DNA of 64,000 nucleotides from the human T2T-CHM13v2.0 reference genome, Homo sapiens (GCF_009914755.1 NC_060928.1); one strand, 5' to 3'. Positions 13,823 through 29,359 are shown, numbered from the stretch's first letter. Program-made: numbers and translations. Notes: generated by a model not told the origin, from the letters alone.

Positions 13823-14110
13823 GGCCAGGTGCAGTGGCTCACGCTTGTAATCCCAGCACTTTGGGAGGCCAAGGCGGGCAGATCACGAGGTCAGGAGATC
13901 AAGACCATCCTGGCTAACACGGTGAAACCCCGTCTCTACTAAAAACACAAAAAATTAGCCGGGCATGGTGGCGGGTGCCTGTAGTCCCAGCTACTCGGAG
14001 AGGCTGAGGCAGGAGAATGGCGTGAACCCAGGAGGCGGAGCTTGCAGTGAGCGGAGATCGCACCACTGCACTCCAGCCTGGGCGACAGAGCGAGACTCCA
14101 TCTCAAAAAA
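13823..14110 (+). mobile_element. AluY nested in L1PB ORF2
   Basis: Y diagnostics (gatcacgaggtcaggagatc, ggagaatggcgtgaacc). TSD aaaat(a/t)ttgccaaca. Confidence 0.95.
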
Positions 14111-16040
14111 AAAAAATTTGCCAACAAAAAAAGCCCAGGGACAGATGGATTCACAGCCAAATTCTATCTGACATTCAAATAATTGGTACTAATCCTAGTG
14201 AAAGTATTTCAACAGATTGAGAAAGAGGGAATTCTCCTTAAGTCATTCTATGAGGCCAGTATCACCCTTATACCAAAATCAGGAAAGGACATAACAAAGA
14301 AAGAAAACTATAGACCACTATCCCTGATGAACATAGATGCAAAAATTCTCAACAAAATACTAGTAAGCTGAATCCAACAGCATATCAGAAAGATAATAGA
14401 TTATGATCAAGTGGGTTTCATCCCAGGGATGCAGGGATGGTTTAATACATGTAAGTCAATAAATGTGATACATTACATAAAGAGAATTAAAAACAAAAAC
14501 CATATGATAATCTCAACAGATGCAGAAAAGGCATTCAATATAATCCAGCATCCCTGGTTTATTATAAAAACCCTAAAAAAAACTAGGCATAAAAAGAACA
14601 TCCCTCAAAATAGTAAAAGCCATATATAACAAATCCATAGCCAACATCATACTATATGGGGAAAAGTTCAAAGCATTTCCCCTAAGAAATGGAACAATAC
14701 AAGGATGCCCACTTGCACCCCTTCTATTCAACATAATATTGGAAGTCCTAGCCAGAGCAATCAGATAACAGAAATAAATTAAGGGCATCTGAAATTTAAG
14801 AGCATTGGAAAAAAGGAAGTCAAACTATCTCTGTTTGCCAATGATATCATTATATATCTAGAAAACCCTAAAGATTCCTTCAAAAAGACTCTCAGATTTG
14901 ATAAATGAATTCGGTGAAGTCTCAGATTAAAAAATCAATGTTCACAAATCCATGGCACTGCTATACATCAACAAAGGCCACACTGGGAATCAAACCAAGA
15001 GCTCAAGCCCTTTTACAATAGCTGCAAAAAAAAATAGTAAGAAAAAAACACCTAGGAAATTTAACCAAGGAGGTGAAGATCTCTACAATGAAAACTATTA
15101 ATAGAAAAGACTGCTGAAATAAATAATAGATAACAAAAATAAATGGAAATATATCCCATGCTTGTGGATTGCAAGAATCAGTATCGTGAAAATAACCATA
15201 GTACCCAAAACTATCTACAGATTCAATGCAATTCCTATCAAAATACCAACATCATTTTTCACAGAATTAGAATAAAAAAATCCTAACATTTTTATGGAAC
15301 CAAAAAAGAGCATAAATAGCCAAAGCATTCCCAAGCAAAAAGTACAAATCTGGAAGCATCACATTACCTATCTTCAAATTATGCTATAAGCCAAAATATA
15401 CCAAAACAGCATGGTACTGGTATAAAAGCAGACACATAGACCAATGGAACAAAATAGAAAACCCAGAAATAAAGCCAAATAGTTGCAACTACATGTAGAA
15501 GAATAAAACTGGATCCCTCTTTCTCACTGTACATAAAAATCAACACAAGAAGGATCAAAGACTTAAATCTAAGACCTGAAACCATGAAAATTCTAGACAA
15601 GAAACTCTTCTGGACATTGGCCTAAGCAAGTAATTTATGAGAAAGACCCCAAAAGCAAGTTCAACAAAAACAAAAATAAATCTATAGGACCTAATTAAAC
15701 TAAAAACATCTTCATAGCAAAATAATCAGCAGACTAAACAGATAACCCAAAGAATGAGAGAAAATATTTGCAAACTATGCATATAATAAAGGACCAGTGT
15801 CCTGAATCTACAACTCAAGCAAATCAGCCAGAAAAAAAAAATAATTCCATCAAAAAAATGGGCAAACAATATGATTAGACATTTTTCAAAAGCAGATATA
15901 CAAATGGCCAACATGAATAAATGCTCAACACCACTAATCATCAGGAAAATGCAAATTAAAACCCCCATGATATATAACCTTATCCCAGCCAGAATGGCCA
16001 TAATTAAAAAGTCAAAAACAATACAGGTTATAATGGATGT

Positions 16041-16405
16041 TGTATTAGTCCATTTTCATGCTTCTGATAAAGACATACCTGAGACTGGACAATTTACAAA
16101 AGAAAGAGGTTTATTGGACTTACAATTCCACATGGTTGGGGAGGTCTCACAATCATGGCGGAAGGCATGAAGGAGTAAGTCACATCTTACGTGGACGGCA
16201 GCAGGCAAAGAGAGAGCTTGTGCAGGGAAACCTCCATTTTTAAAACCATCAGATCTCATGAGGCCCATTCACTATCATGAGAACAGCACAGGAAAGACAC
16301 GCCCCCATGATTCAGTCATCTCCCACTGGGTCCCTGCCACAACATGTGGGATTATGGGAGCTACAAGATGAGATTTGGGTGGGGACACAGAGTCAAACCA
16401 TATCA
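16041..16405 (-). mobile_element. THE1A/B solo LTR nested in L1PB
   Basis: Termini tgtattagtc...caaaccatatca. 5-bp TSD gatgt at 16036-16040 and 16406-16410. Confidence 0.95.
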
Positions 16406-17511
16406 GATGTGGTGAAAAGGGAACACTTATACACTGCTGATGGGAATGTAAATTAGTACAACCTCTACAGAAAACAGTATAGAGATTTCTTAAAGAACTA
16501 AAAGTAGACCTATCTACCCAAAGGAAAAGAAGTCATTGCATATATATTAAAAAATTGTATCTGCACATGCATGTTTATTGTAGCATGATCCACAGTTGCA
16601 AACATATGGAACCAACCTAAATGTTCATCAACTGATGAGTGGATAAAGAAAATATAGTATGTATAATCATCGAATACTACTCAGCCATGAAAGGAAATAA
16701 AATAATTTTTTTTGCAGCAACTTGGATGGAGCTGGAGGCCATTATTCCAAGTAAAGTAATAAAGGAATGTGAAACAAATATGTATGTTCTCAATTATAAG
16801 TGGGAGCTAAGATATGGGTACATAAGCACACGGTGTAATATAATGAACAGTAGAGACTCAAAAGTGAGAAGTGAGAAGTGATGAGAGATTAAGAAACTAT
16901 TGGGAACAATGTATACTACTAGAGTGACAGTTGCATGAAAATCTCAGATGTCACCGCTATACAATTCATCCATGTATTCAAAAACCACTTGTACCTTAAA
17001 AGCTATTGAAATTAAAAATAAAGAAAAAGAAAGAAATTATTGCTGCTTCTAAATGCATTCTTGTCTCTTATAGAAACTGTTACATCTGGGGAATACATAC
17101 TTATGTCTTTAGAGAAATATAAGTGTTGTAATAAATACAAAAATATATATTTGGCATGGGTACTGTGCTGAAGATACAGTAAAATGTTAGCATACACTGA
17201 ATTTTAACTCAGATGGTGCTGATTATTCTCTTAACATCGTCTGGACATCTTTTCATTATATTTCCCATGTGGTAGTAACAGCTAATTAAATAATTTTTCA
17301 TTAATTTAATCTGTATAAGCAATACATTTTCACAGCTTTTTATTATATTTATGTAGGACATGTTATTATAAAAATCACTGATTATTTTGTTCTTCCATGC
17401 TGTTTTTATTCCATAAACAAAAGAGATCAGTTACAGCTATTGGCATTAAAACAACTGAAAATAATTGTCCACAAATACACATCATCCATGTCTTTTAAAA
17501 AATAGTTTCAA

Positions 17512-17841
<330 letters not shown>

Positions 17842-19917
17842 TTAATTTATTTTATACTTTCATTTGATATAGAGTTGTTGAAAAAGTTAGGAACCTAAAA
17901 CTCAGTCTAGGGATATGCAAACATATTTCAAGACTCAAAAATAAATCAAAGATAGTTGGGAAGATATGCTTTGGCAATGATGAAATATTAATCAGTTGTA
18001 ATTTCATCTGACAGAGCATTCCTGATCTTTTGAAACTAACATAATATCAAGACATTTGTATAGGAAAATACAGCATTATTAGCCAGTTCTAAGAATTGAC
18101 TCTCTCAGTAACAAATACTGATTTTGTTTTAGTCTTCATTTTTCAAGTAAACACTAACTTTTTTCTTTTTTTTCAAGGCAAAAGTTCATAACAATCTTAC
18201 AGAAAAAGAACAGATGGTTATACATTATTTCCCTGTGAATCAGTACATTTTAATTTGGTACATGAGTCAGTGAGCCTAACATCATGGTTCATTCTTGATG
18301 ATATATTGGTATCATGCAGTGAGTTGAAACATCCATATGAATCACATTTTAATCATTATTTTAGCCAGATAAAAAAGTGATTTTTTTCAGCTATTTTCTT
18401 CCCACCCAACCCCAACATTGCTCTTTATAATTAATGAAAACAACACAATGATAATGCAAAAATCATGCCAGCATAATAATCATTTGATGTAAATAACCCT
18501 GTTGGAGATTTATATTCACCGTGTGTTTTTTTCTAGTAGCAGGTGTCTAGGTGGAAATCCTATATCCATCATCCAGGTTATGGATAAATAATTACTAAAT
18601 GGAGAGTAGTGACAAACTAGACATACACACAGTATAAATAATAGATCTTAAAAAGAATACTGAGTAAAGCTGAAACAGATTACTACAAATATACACATAA
18701 AGCTTATATAATTAGTACAGCATATACTTATAATTGGCCCCAAATTACATTATATATTTTTCCAAAGATAAACATTTACCTTAGGACTCTTATTAAATCC
18801 ATACAGTAAGTGTTTATATAGAAGAAGGAATGGATGCTTAAATGAAGAATGAAGGGGAAACAATAATACAACAAAACTAATTGCACTGTTCACAAAATGT
18901 CAGGATAATTGTTATGAATTAAGGAAAAAGTATAACACAATATTGTACTTCTGAGTTTAAAGAATAAAAGTTTTAGAAACGAAATATTATTACACAGCTG
19001 AAAATCCGAAGGCTGAGGTAAGACTCTACCTTCCTTACCAGAACCACTTAGGAAGACTTAACTACCTGGCAGGCTGGAGAGAATTTCAGGGAATCTCAAG
19101 CCAGGATATATAGGCAAAAGAGAAAAGAGAGTAGTTCTGAGGCATTTGGGAGTTGGGGAGAGAGAGAGAATAAAGGATTCAGTGGCAGAGAACTGCATAT
19201 TGGCTATCTATTTCTGTAACAATGACTAGCCATCTCTTGCTTGTCCTGTAAGTGCCACTCAAATGGACTCTGGAACAATAAGAATGATCATCTTAAGGTA
19301 CCTTTTCCTGTGTGGTGCCAAGTGGTGCTATACATCTCTGAAAAACAGACTGAAGTGGTGGACTGAAATAATGCCATTCAAAACCCAAGCTCTTTTTTTT
19401 TTTTATGAAATAATGAAAATAGCATGGAGAAACAAAATAAGCAGTGATTATATAACAACATGTTCTATATAAATATGATAAAAAACAGTGAAAGTTTATC
19501 TTTCACTAGATATCTACTGTTAATAGTACTACTATTTTACTAGATATCTATTATTAATAGATACCTTTTGCATCTACAGAGGACAAGGAACAAAGATGTT
19601 TCTTTGACTACCCCATAGCAGAACATCAATTTTCATCTTTTGCCACTGATGAACTGGAACAGACCCTTCTACTTTGTATTCTACCACCTACAAGTTTAAC
19701 CTATCCCAGTGATTTCATCTTCCTGAAGATTTCTGAAAAATAACATCCACTTACATAAAAATTTAAAGAAAAAAACTTCATTTTAGAGAACTCAATAATT
19801 TGATAGTTCTACTCGATTGAAAAATAGGACTAGATAATCCTATTGCAGTAGGTCAATGGAAAATAAAGAAAATATAATTATACAAATAATGAAAAATTTT
19901 AAGAAGAAAAACAATAA

Positions 19918-20278
<361 letters not shown>

Positions 20279-21759
20279 ACAACTGACATTTTTTGAAGAT
20301 ATATCATTGCCAATAACCAAGTTAATGTTCTAGTGCATGCATTTTGGAAAAATGTATCAACAAATTTTTTTTAAAAAAGCAAAACATTCACACAAAATAT
20401 GAACAATAATATGAGAGAAAGAGAGAAAGATTAACACCTGTTCACTGAGAACAGTGTAATTGAAAGGTATCACTGATCCATTGCAGAAAAGTTCCTAATG
20501 AAATTTCTGAATCCCAGTGATGCAGAATGAGTAAGTTACTTGTTATAATAAAAAAATCAGACTAGTATTGAACCTTGCATCTGGAAATTAGGGAGATAGA
20601 AAATAATAAAAACAGTTTTACAAGGGCTTCAAAATAGAAGATCTGTGATTGAAGCATCTAATACCTAACAAGATATTATTATCATAGGAGACGAGGAAGA
20701 AATAACACCCTGCTCTTTCTTGTATGATTGTTCATGTTTAAATTGGTATTATTCAAAAAGAAAATTTGAAGATTTAATGTGGATATTGAGAAGTAGCAAC
20801 AGACAATACAAAAATCAAAAACAATTATTTAAATTTATTAAAAATAAGAATTAAAGCTGGAATTAATGATAAAGCAAATAAAATGATATTAGTAATAAAG
20901 AAACCAAGTAACCAAAACAAAAGTTGATTCATTGGAATGAAGAATATGTGATCAAAACATAATTCCTTTGCTGGTTATTTAATATTTATCTTTTTAAATT
21001 TTATTATTTTGTCCCAAATGTATACACAGGTGCTCTCAATCAAAGACAGGCTTTTTCTTACTTGCTTTATAGTAAATTATAAGCATATCGGCTTCCCTTG
21101 CCCCACGCCTTATTTGTGGGTCAACACAATAAAAGCTAGAGAGAAAAATCTCCTACCTCATACATGAGCAGCTGACACTTCATATGTGAGGGATGGAGAA
21201 CAACGAATTTTCCCTATTTATATGCAGTAGATAGACAGTCATCCTCCTGGCCTCTGGTTGAAGCTTGTATGGGTTGTTCCAATCAAAGTTTAGTTCTCAG
21301 AGGCTTTCTTAGGTTTGATTTTTTTCCCACACATGTATGGTTTGGGAGTTAGGCTGTGACACATGGGTACATTTGCAAAATAAGGGATCCCCTTTCCTGG
21401 CGTTCTCTACTTTTGGATTTCCTGCTCACATGCCAGTCTGCCTGGGCTTCTTTCAATGTTTTTATTTGTTTGTTTTTCTGGCCATGAACAGGGCAGTGAT
21501 TCTACCATGTTCTACCAACTTATATCACTGTGATTAGAGCCCAAGACTGAAGTCCAACCATGGCTACGAAAGAACAAAAACCAAACCAGAAAACAGAAAA
21601 GGAAACCTGATGAGAGGTGCTTCTCAAAGTTTCACTGTCTTCCACAATTCACCTTCAATTTTCAGATTTTTCAGATAGCTTTTAATAAACATTTATTTAG
21701 CCAAATTTTAGTTGTGATCAGTGGAAGAGATGTGCTCTAGGGGCTTATACTGCTGTAGT

Positions 21760-24045
21760 GAAAACTGAACCCCTCCTATCTACTAAGCTTTAAATTGATA
21801 TGATTTTAAGTTTCTGTTACTGAGTTTTTATTTTCAGAAATACTAACTGGTACTTTCTAAAATCTTCAGTGACACTTTCTGTAATTTCTTTCAGAAATAT
21901 ACAAACTTTTCCTTTATTTTACATGCAGTTACTATGGTTTTATTTTTTAAATAATATACATTCATTCATTCCAGTATTTGAAGTGTTCACATATATATTT
22001 CTCCTGACTGACATTTCAGTTTCTATACAGGCATTATTCCTTGTTTTCTAATGTACCCTATATCATTGAGCCTGTGTTAGTCATTTCAAAATCTATTTGT
22101 AGAGGGTTTGCCAAACCACTTCTGCTGTGCTCACAAAGGCGTTTGCAGTCTAGAACTGCTTTAAAACGTGATGGCTTGAGCTTCCTTGAGTTTTTGAGAA
22201 CCTACAAACACAGGCTGTAAATCTGCATGATAACTGTTTTAATTCTGGTTCTTGCTTCCACTGAGGTATATAACTTTGGATTTCTCCCTCATTGTGTGAT
22301 AAGTTGAATCCTCAGCATGGACTCTGGAATTTGATTTACATCCTGTTCATCCTGTTCATCTTAGGCGCTCATCAGAACCAGAGTTACACTTGCTGAGATT
22401 TGCAAATGTCTCTCAGAAAGAAAAATAAAAGGAGGAGGGAGTTTCAGTGTTCAGATTGGTTCCATTTCCTCTTTAATTGAATTTAGTATATTTTGATCTC
22501 AGTAGATATTTTAGTCTTTTGGTGCTAAGATATTTTAATAGTTTATCCAGCCTGTTTATTTTTTTCATCACTAAAATTGTTCTAATAATTGTGACACCCA
22601 TTAGCAGACATAAGAAGCCTATGTAGCTTTAAAGTTAGATTTTTAACCTTTCTGGGATTTATTCTATTTTATGAAGTCTGTTTTTGACATTTTTTTCTAA
22701 AATGAATAGCCAATTATCTCAATATTAATCTGTCTTTTGTTTTTCCATTATATTACTTTTTTTTACACAACATATACCTATGTATACAAAAGTCTTTTTC
22801 TGAACTTCTACTCTCTTAAATTTCTATATTTTAGATTTCTATATCAGTACTATTCTCTTTAAATTACTACCACTTTATAGTATTTTAATATGTATTTAGT
22901 CAAGATCCTCTCCTAATTTTTATCTGTTAAATTTTACTTGGCTTTAATTCTTCTTCATAAATTTTAGAAGTTTTAGAGTTTCCTAAATATAGAGTTAAAT
23001 TTAAAGTAGGACTTTTAGATTTAGAGAGACTTACTATCTTTGCAATATCGAGTGTTCCATATATAAATATATCAGCATTATCTAGCTTTATTTTAGTTTT
23101 TACATGGTTGTTGTTCCATCACTTTGAGTAATAAGTAATAAATGCTATCAGCAATTTTGTTCATGTCTTTGGGGAAATGTATTTATGAATATGAATTTTT
23201 CATGTGTATAAGTAGACATGGACTTGTGAATTCCTTGTTACATACAAAACTTTAGCAGATACTACCAAACTGTTTTCCAAGGAGGTTAAATAAATGTACA
23301 CCACATCAGTATATTTTAAGTTTCAACTGTGTCACATTTCACTGAAACTTGTATTGTCTGCCTTTTTCACTGTAGCTGTTCTGGTGGGTGTGTAGTTGCT
23401 TGTATTTTCATTTGTATTTCTATGTTGATTTATAATGTTGAGCAACTTTTCACATGCCTACTTACCATTTGAATATCATTTTGTGTGAAATGTCTGGTAA
23501 AGATTTTTATCAATTGAGGGTAAGGAGGTTACATCTTTTCTTTACCAACTTTTATGCATTTGGGGAAAAAATGTCAGATGTATATATCCTATTCTTTGGA
23601 AATTTTTCACCCCATTTTTACTGTCACTTCTATAAATAAAATTTATTACTATATCTAGTTTTCATTTTACTTTTACTAAAAGAGATTTTGGTGTAATGTT
23701 TAAGAATGTTTTACCTACCTCAAGATAATTATTACCCTCTTGTTTCTTCTAGAAGCATTAATTAATTTACCTGTCACATATGTATAATCCATTAGAAGTT
23801 TATTATTTTCCATATAAATAACCAATTTACCTGGCACCATTTATTGAATAGATGCTAGGTTTGTACAGTCCTAAATCAGATGCAGGTATATGTGAGTGTG
23901 TTTCTTTCTTTACTTTCTATTACGTTTCATTGGTATGATTGATAGCCTTGTGCCTTGTTTTCTCTTGATAAGTTATATATTGATAATTTTTACAATCTAA
24001 ACACTCATGTTCCCTAGAAACTTTAGTGATAGTGTACTGAATTTA
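21760..24045 (-). mobile_element. Ancient L1M(E) fragments
   Basis: Degenerate antisense L1 motifs (ccaaactgttttccaa, tttgtatttc...gttgagcaacttttcacatg, gcaccatttattgaa). Boundaries approximate. Confidence 0.55.
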
Positions 24046-24050
24046 TCAAT

Positions 24051-24457
24051 GGCTATGGTCTAAGTGTGTCCCCCAAAATTCATGTGATGGAAACTCCATT
24101 CCCAATGCAATAGTCTTGGAAGTCAGGGTCTTTGAAAGTTATTTAGATCATAAGGTCCTGGCCCCCATGGGTGGGTTAATGCCATGATAAAAGGGCTTGA
24201 TTGAGAAAGTTGGCTCCTTTTGAACCCCTTCTGTCTCCTCTGCCATGTGAGGACACAGCATTCTTTCCCTCTAGAGGATGCAGCTATAATAAGGTGTCAT
24301 CTTGGAAGCAATTAATAGCCCTCTCCAGTCAACCAACCTGCTGGCGCCTTGGTCTTGGACTTTCTACCCTTCAGAACAGTGAGAACATAAATCTCTGTTG
24401 TTTATAAATCACCCAGTTTCCAGTATTTTGTTATAGGAGTACAAATGGACTGTGACA
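24051..24457 (+). mobile_element. MaLR LTR (MSTC/MSTD-like)
   Basis: gctatggtctaagtgtgtcccccaaaattcatgtg...ttataaatcacccagt...aaatggactgtgaca. TSD tca(a/c)t. Confidence 0.85.
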
Positions 24458-24600
24458 TCACTCAGTTTGAGAAAATAAACATTTTTATGATATTGAGACT
24501 TTCTGTCCACAAAAGGGCATCACTTTAAATTTACTTATCTAATTGTACTAAATATTATTTTATAGATTTTAGTGTAAATGTTTTGAAGATGTCTTGTTAG

Positions 24601-24933
<333 letters not shown>

Positions 24934-25232
24934 TGAGATAAATACTACCTTTTTTCTCTGTTTAGAGTTTTTCATTTGTTGCTTCCATATAGAACCATAA
25001 TTTATTTTTGCATTCAGGTGGATGATTAAATCTGTATCATCTATATCTGTATCATCTATACTTATATCTATACTATTCTCTTTTTCAAATACCATTCTAT
25101 TCATTATCTGTATCTGTCTCCTCATTCATTCATTCAATTTTTTATTTTGGCTTTTTGCACTAAAACCTCTACTAAAGTGCTGAATAGAAATTATTTCAGG
25201 CATCATCTTCCTATTATCTCTGGAGGACACAT

Positions 25233-25326
25233 TTCAATAATTCATCATTAATGATCAATAATGAAAAATAATGATGAATAATTGAACAATCACAGTGTTC
25301 AATTACTTCATCATTAATGATGAAGT
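25233..25326. repeat. Nested inverted repeats and palindrome
   Basis: Hairpin arms 25269-25288 and 25296-25316. Perfect 22-bp palindrome acttcatcattaatgatgaagt at 25305-25326. Confidence 0.9.
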
Positions 25327-25532
25327 TCATTAAAGATATGGCAAATGCTTTTTTCACATGAGAAATCATTTATCATTCAGTATGTTATAGTTATTTGAAA
25401 TGTCTTATCTTGTTAATAGCAGTTAGTGTATTTTCTTATCTTAGACATTGAAGGTTTTGAACATATAGAATACAGTTATTTAATATTGCCTGCTAATTTT
25501 GAATCCATGTAAGCCTAGTTAGTTCAAAATAG

Positions 25533-25889
<357 letters not shown>

Positions 25890-25948
25890 TACCTTATAAT
25901 TTTTTACTGGATGTCAGACATTGTTAATTTTACCTTATTTAATGGAAA

Positions 25949-25951
<3 letters not shown>

Positions 25952-25988
<37 letters not shown>
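25952..25988 (+). repeat. (TG)n microsatellite
   Basis: Directly visible. Confidence 0.95.
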
Positions 25989-25990
<2 letters not shown>

Positions 25991-26689
25991 TTTTCAGCCT
26001 TGTTCTGAGATGCAGTTATTTGGAAACACTTTATTCCTTCAAGACTTGCTTTAAAGATTTGTTAGATAAGACAATCACAGTGTTCAATGTGTTTGATCCA
26101 GGAATATTTTCATTCTCCACAATTTAGGCAGGATCCTTCTTAGCACTTTACAGAGTCCCTCTTGAATTATGAGATTTTCACTCTGGCTGGTGGGAACAGT
26201 CACTATTTCCCAGCTTTAGGTGAGTGCTGGGCACAGTTTCCTCTAAGTATTTTGTGTAGTTTCTGCCCCAGCTTTGGTTAGTTTCCTCACACACACAGTG
26301 AGTGGTACCCTGAAGAATATTCCTGGGGAATCTGTGGAAAGTCTTTGAAGTTCCTTCTGTATGGATCTCTCTCCTCCCTGATACTCCATCTCCTTAGCTT
26401 TCCAGGACCCTTAGCTCCATCCTAAACTCAGAGAACCCCCTATGCCCCTCCTGAAATCCTCTTAATGCAGTAAGCCTATCAATCTTAGGGCTCACTTCAT
26501 TTGTTTTTCCTTTTTTTCAGTGACCCTGTCATTCATTTCCTGATGTTCATTCCTGAAAATTGTTATTTTGTAAATATTGTCTAGTTTTTTGGGTTGTTAC
26601 AGGTGCAGTATTAAATCTGGTCTCTGTTACTCTGTGTTGGTCGAAGGTTTAATTCTTCATATCTCATTAGCTTTTGTTATTTTGATTTG

Positions 26690-27190
26690 TAGCTTATTTC
26701 TACCATTGCGGTGAATAATTATATGCAGGGATGTAATTCTTTTGAAGCTATGTCTATGCCACCATATTCTAAGTTTGGGTAAATGCTTCAAGTGCGCTTG
26801 AAAATTGTGCATTCTGTCAAAATTGGGTAAATTGATATTTAAATATTGGTTGGTTCAAGTTTATTAAACATTTTTAGCTTTTCCATATCCTACTAATTTT
26901 TGTTGATCTATCAGCTATTGAAAAGAGGTATGTTGAAGTATGTCACTATGATTGTCAGTTTTCTGTTTCATCTTTATTCCTTCAGTTTTTAAATACTCAT
27001 TAACCTATGCTATTAGGTGTACATTTAAGATATATAATTGTGGTATCTTCCTAATGGAAGTCCCCTCAAACTTTATGAAATATACCTTTTATCTTTAATA
27101 AAGCATATTGCCTAGATGTCCGCTTTTTCTAATGTTAATGTTAGAAAACTACATTTGCTTGCTTTTGGCTATTTTTGCATGGATTTTGGG
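26690..27190 (-). mobile_element. Ancient L1M ORF2 fragment
   Basis: gtaaatgcttcaagtgcgcttgaaaa, tatcctactaatttt...gatctatcagctattgaaaagagg...tgttgaag. Confidence 0.6.
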
Positions 27191-28168
27191 TTTTACTCTC
27201 ATTATGGATAGACTAAATGGGGCATTTCTGCCCAGAAAGAAGTTCCAATAATGAATAATCTTTGGTTTGGGGCTTTTTAGTGAGTTACCAAAGATATTTT
27301 TTTCCTAGCTACAGTACAGTTTGACTCTCCCCTAACCCAGCAGCCTCCTTCTTTCATTTCATATGTCTAAGAACTGCTTCATCTATAAATATTCCTAGTG
27401 TTCCTTCCTTCATCATTAATAAATGGTTTCTGCAATAACTGTGCATTTCTATTTTGGTATTTTATTTGAAATTCATCCTTGATTAATGTGATTCTGATTC
27501 CTCTAACATTATCAATAGTACTTTTATCAGTTAGTAGCAAGAAGAATTGTAAAGTAAATTTGGTGAATTCATTGTTGCTCATAAATGACAAATCTTAAAA
27601 TCATATTTTTCAGCAAAAACTCTTGAAAATTAATAGATGACGTTTTAGGCCTAATTATGTGGCTAGTGAGAAGAGGTGGTTCAAATATAAGCTTCTAACT
27701 GTAAATTTACTGAGACTCCACCATGCTTCAAAATACTCTATGTCTGAATAATTTATATAGATGTTAACACAACTTATAGAACAAGAAATTTATTATATAT
27801 GTATAGCAAAAAAGAATGGGATGCTGTTGTTTGAAAGCAGAGTTTCTTGTATTTGAGGTAGAATTAATCTAAGGTAGAATTTTTCAACACAAAATTTCTG
27901 GTTTATAAACAAATAGGCATGTTTACATTAAATATTAAATATACCAGAAGATTTATAACTAATTATTTAAATCCCTGTAGTTTTCCACTAAGAACTTTGT
28001 GAATGCCAATCAAGTTATTTTTATCATGCCTATGTTTCTATTTATTGTCACCTTCATTAATCACTCAGAAGATAGTGATTACAGGTATTGTGCTATTACT
28101 CTTCAGTTTTATAAGGCAAATGTTATTAAGCATCATTTTTTAAAGACTAAAAACACACTGAAAAAAGA

Positions 28169-28573
28169 GTTTCGTTTTCTGTTCCTGTGTTAGTTTGCCA
28201 AGGATAATGACTTCCAGCTCCATCCATGTCCCTGCAAAAGACATGATCTTGTTCCTTTTTATGGCTGCATAGTATTCCTTGGTGTATATGTACCACATTT
28301 TCTTTATCCACTTTATCATTGATGGTCATTTGGGTTCATTCCATGCTGAACAATGAGAACACATGGACACAGGGAGGGGAACAACACACACTGTGGCCTG
28401 GTGGGGGTAGGGGGAGGGAAAGCATCAGGATGAATAGCTAATGCATGCAAGGCTTAATACCTAGGTGATGGGTTGATAGGTGCAGCAAGCCACCATGGCA
28501 CATGTTTACCTACATAATAAACCTGCACATCCTGCACATGCATCCTGGAACTTAAAATAAAACTTTAAAAAAA
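28169..28573 (+). mobile_element. Short twin-primed L1PA (inverted 28169-28345, sense 28346-28573)
   Basis: Antisense ORF2 end (ttccagctccatccatgtccctgcaaaagacatgatc) switches to sense 3'UTR (ctgaacaatgagaacacatggacac...cttaaaataaaa). Confidence 0.9.
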
Positions 28574-28830
28574 GTTTTGAAATTATGTTTTTCCTAGACT
28601 TTTGGGTCCATGAATATCACTCTGTTGTCCTAGGGAATACCTCTTAATAAAAACAGCTTTTTCGGAGTAATGAATCAGAGAAGGCAGGAGTGATATTTAT
28701 GTTTTTTTAAAAGTGTGATAGTGCCTTTACAAGTTGTATACTTAGACATATTCTTCCACTACAAAGAAGTAGATGCTCTGGGAGCTCATGTAATTTCAGA
28801 AATCTAGGAGATTCATGATGTTTATTAAGT

Positions 28831-29129
28831 TATTTATTTATTTATTTTTTTGATGGAGTCTCGCTCTGTCACCCAGGCTGGAGTGCAGTGGCGTGATCTT
28901 GGCTCACTGCAACCTCTGCCTTCCAGGTTGAAGTGATTCTCCTCCCTCAGCCTCCTGAGTAGCTGTGATTACAGGCATGTGCCACCATGCCCGGCTAATT
29001 TTTGTATTTTTAGTAGAGACAGGGTTTCACCATGTTGGTCAAGGTGGTCTCGAACTCCTGACCTCGTGATCTGCCTGCCTCAGGCTTCCAAAGTGCTGGA
29101 ATTACAAGCGTGAGCTACAGCGCCAGGCC
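28831..29129 (-). mobile_element. AluS (Sg-like)
   Basis: (TTTA)n tail plus antisense dimer. Confidence 0.92.
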
Positions 29130-29359
29130 AAAGTTCATCTTTAATGTATCCACAAGCTTCTGATTGTATGCAGGCATATCAAATATCTACATCTGGCTTC
29201 GTTCTTTCTTTTTCTCACTAGTGCTATTACTATGTGGTGTTTTACACAATAAAAATTATCTCAATAATGAATATCATGATGGAATTTCAAATGGCTTATT
29301 TTTTACTATTGAGAACTAACAGGCAATAGAACTGGAAGTCAGAAATGAACACAAGTGGC

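Larger units (their letters stand above)
9735..17035 (+). mobile_element. Near-full-length decayed L1PB (PB3/PB4-like): 5'UTR, ORF1 about 11470-12530, ORF2 about 12586-16800, 3'UTR
   Basis: ORF1 remnants (MKERILKAVRQ, QPRILYPAKLSFINEG). ORF2 remnants (TLNVNGL at about 12620, [28 protein letters not shown]). 3' end tatacaattcatccatgta...aaaccacttgtacc...agctattgaaa plus A-tail. Many stops and deletions. Confidence 0.92.

Noticed and set aside
11470-16881. L1PB ORF1/ORF2 as an active retrotransposon
   Set aside because: Numerous stops and internal deletions (near 13465, 15480 and 16510), plus Alu and THE1 insertions.
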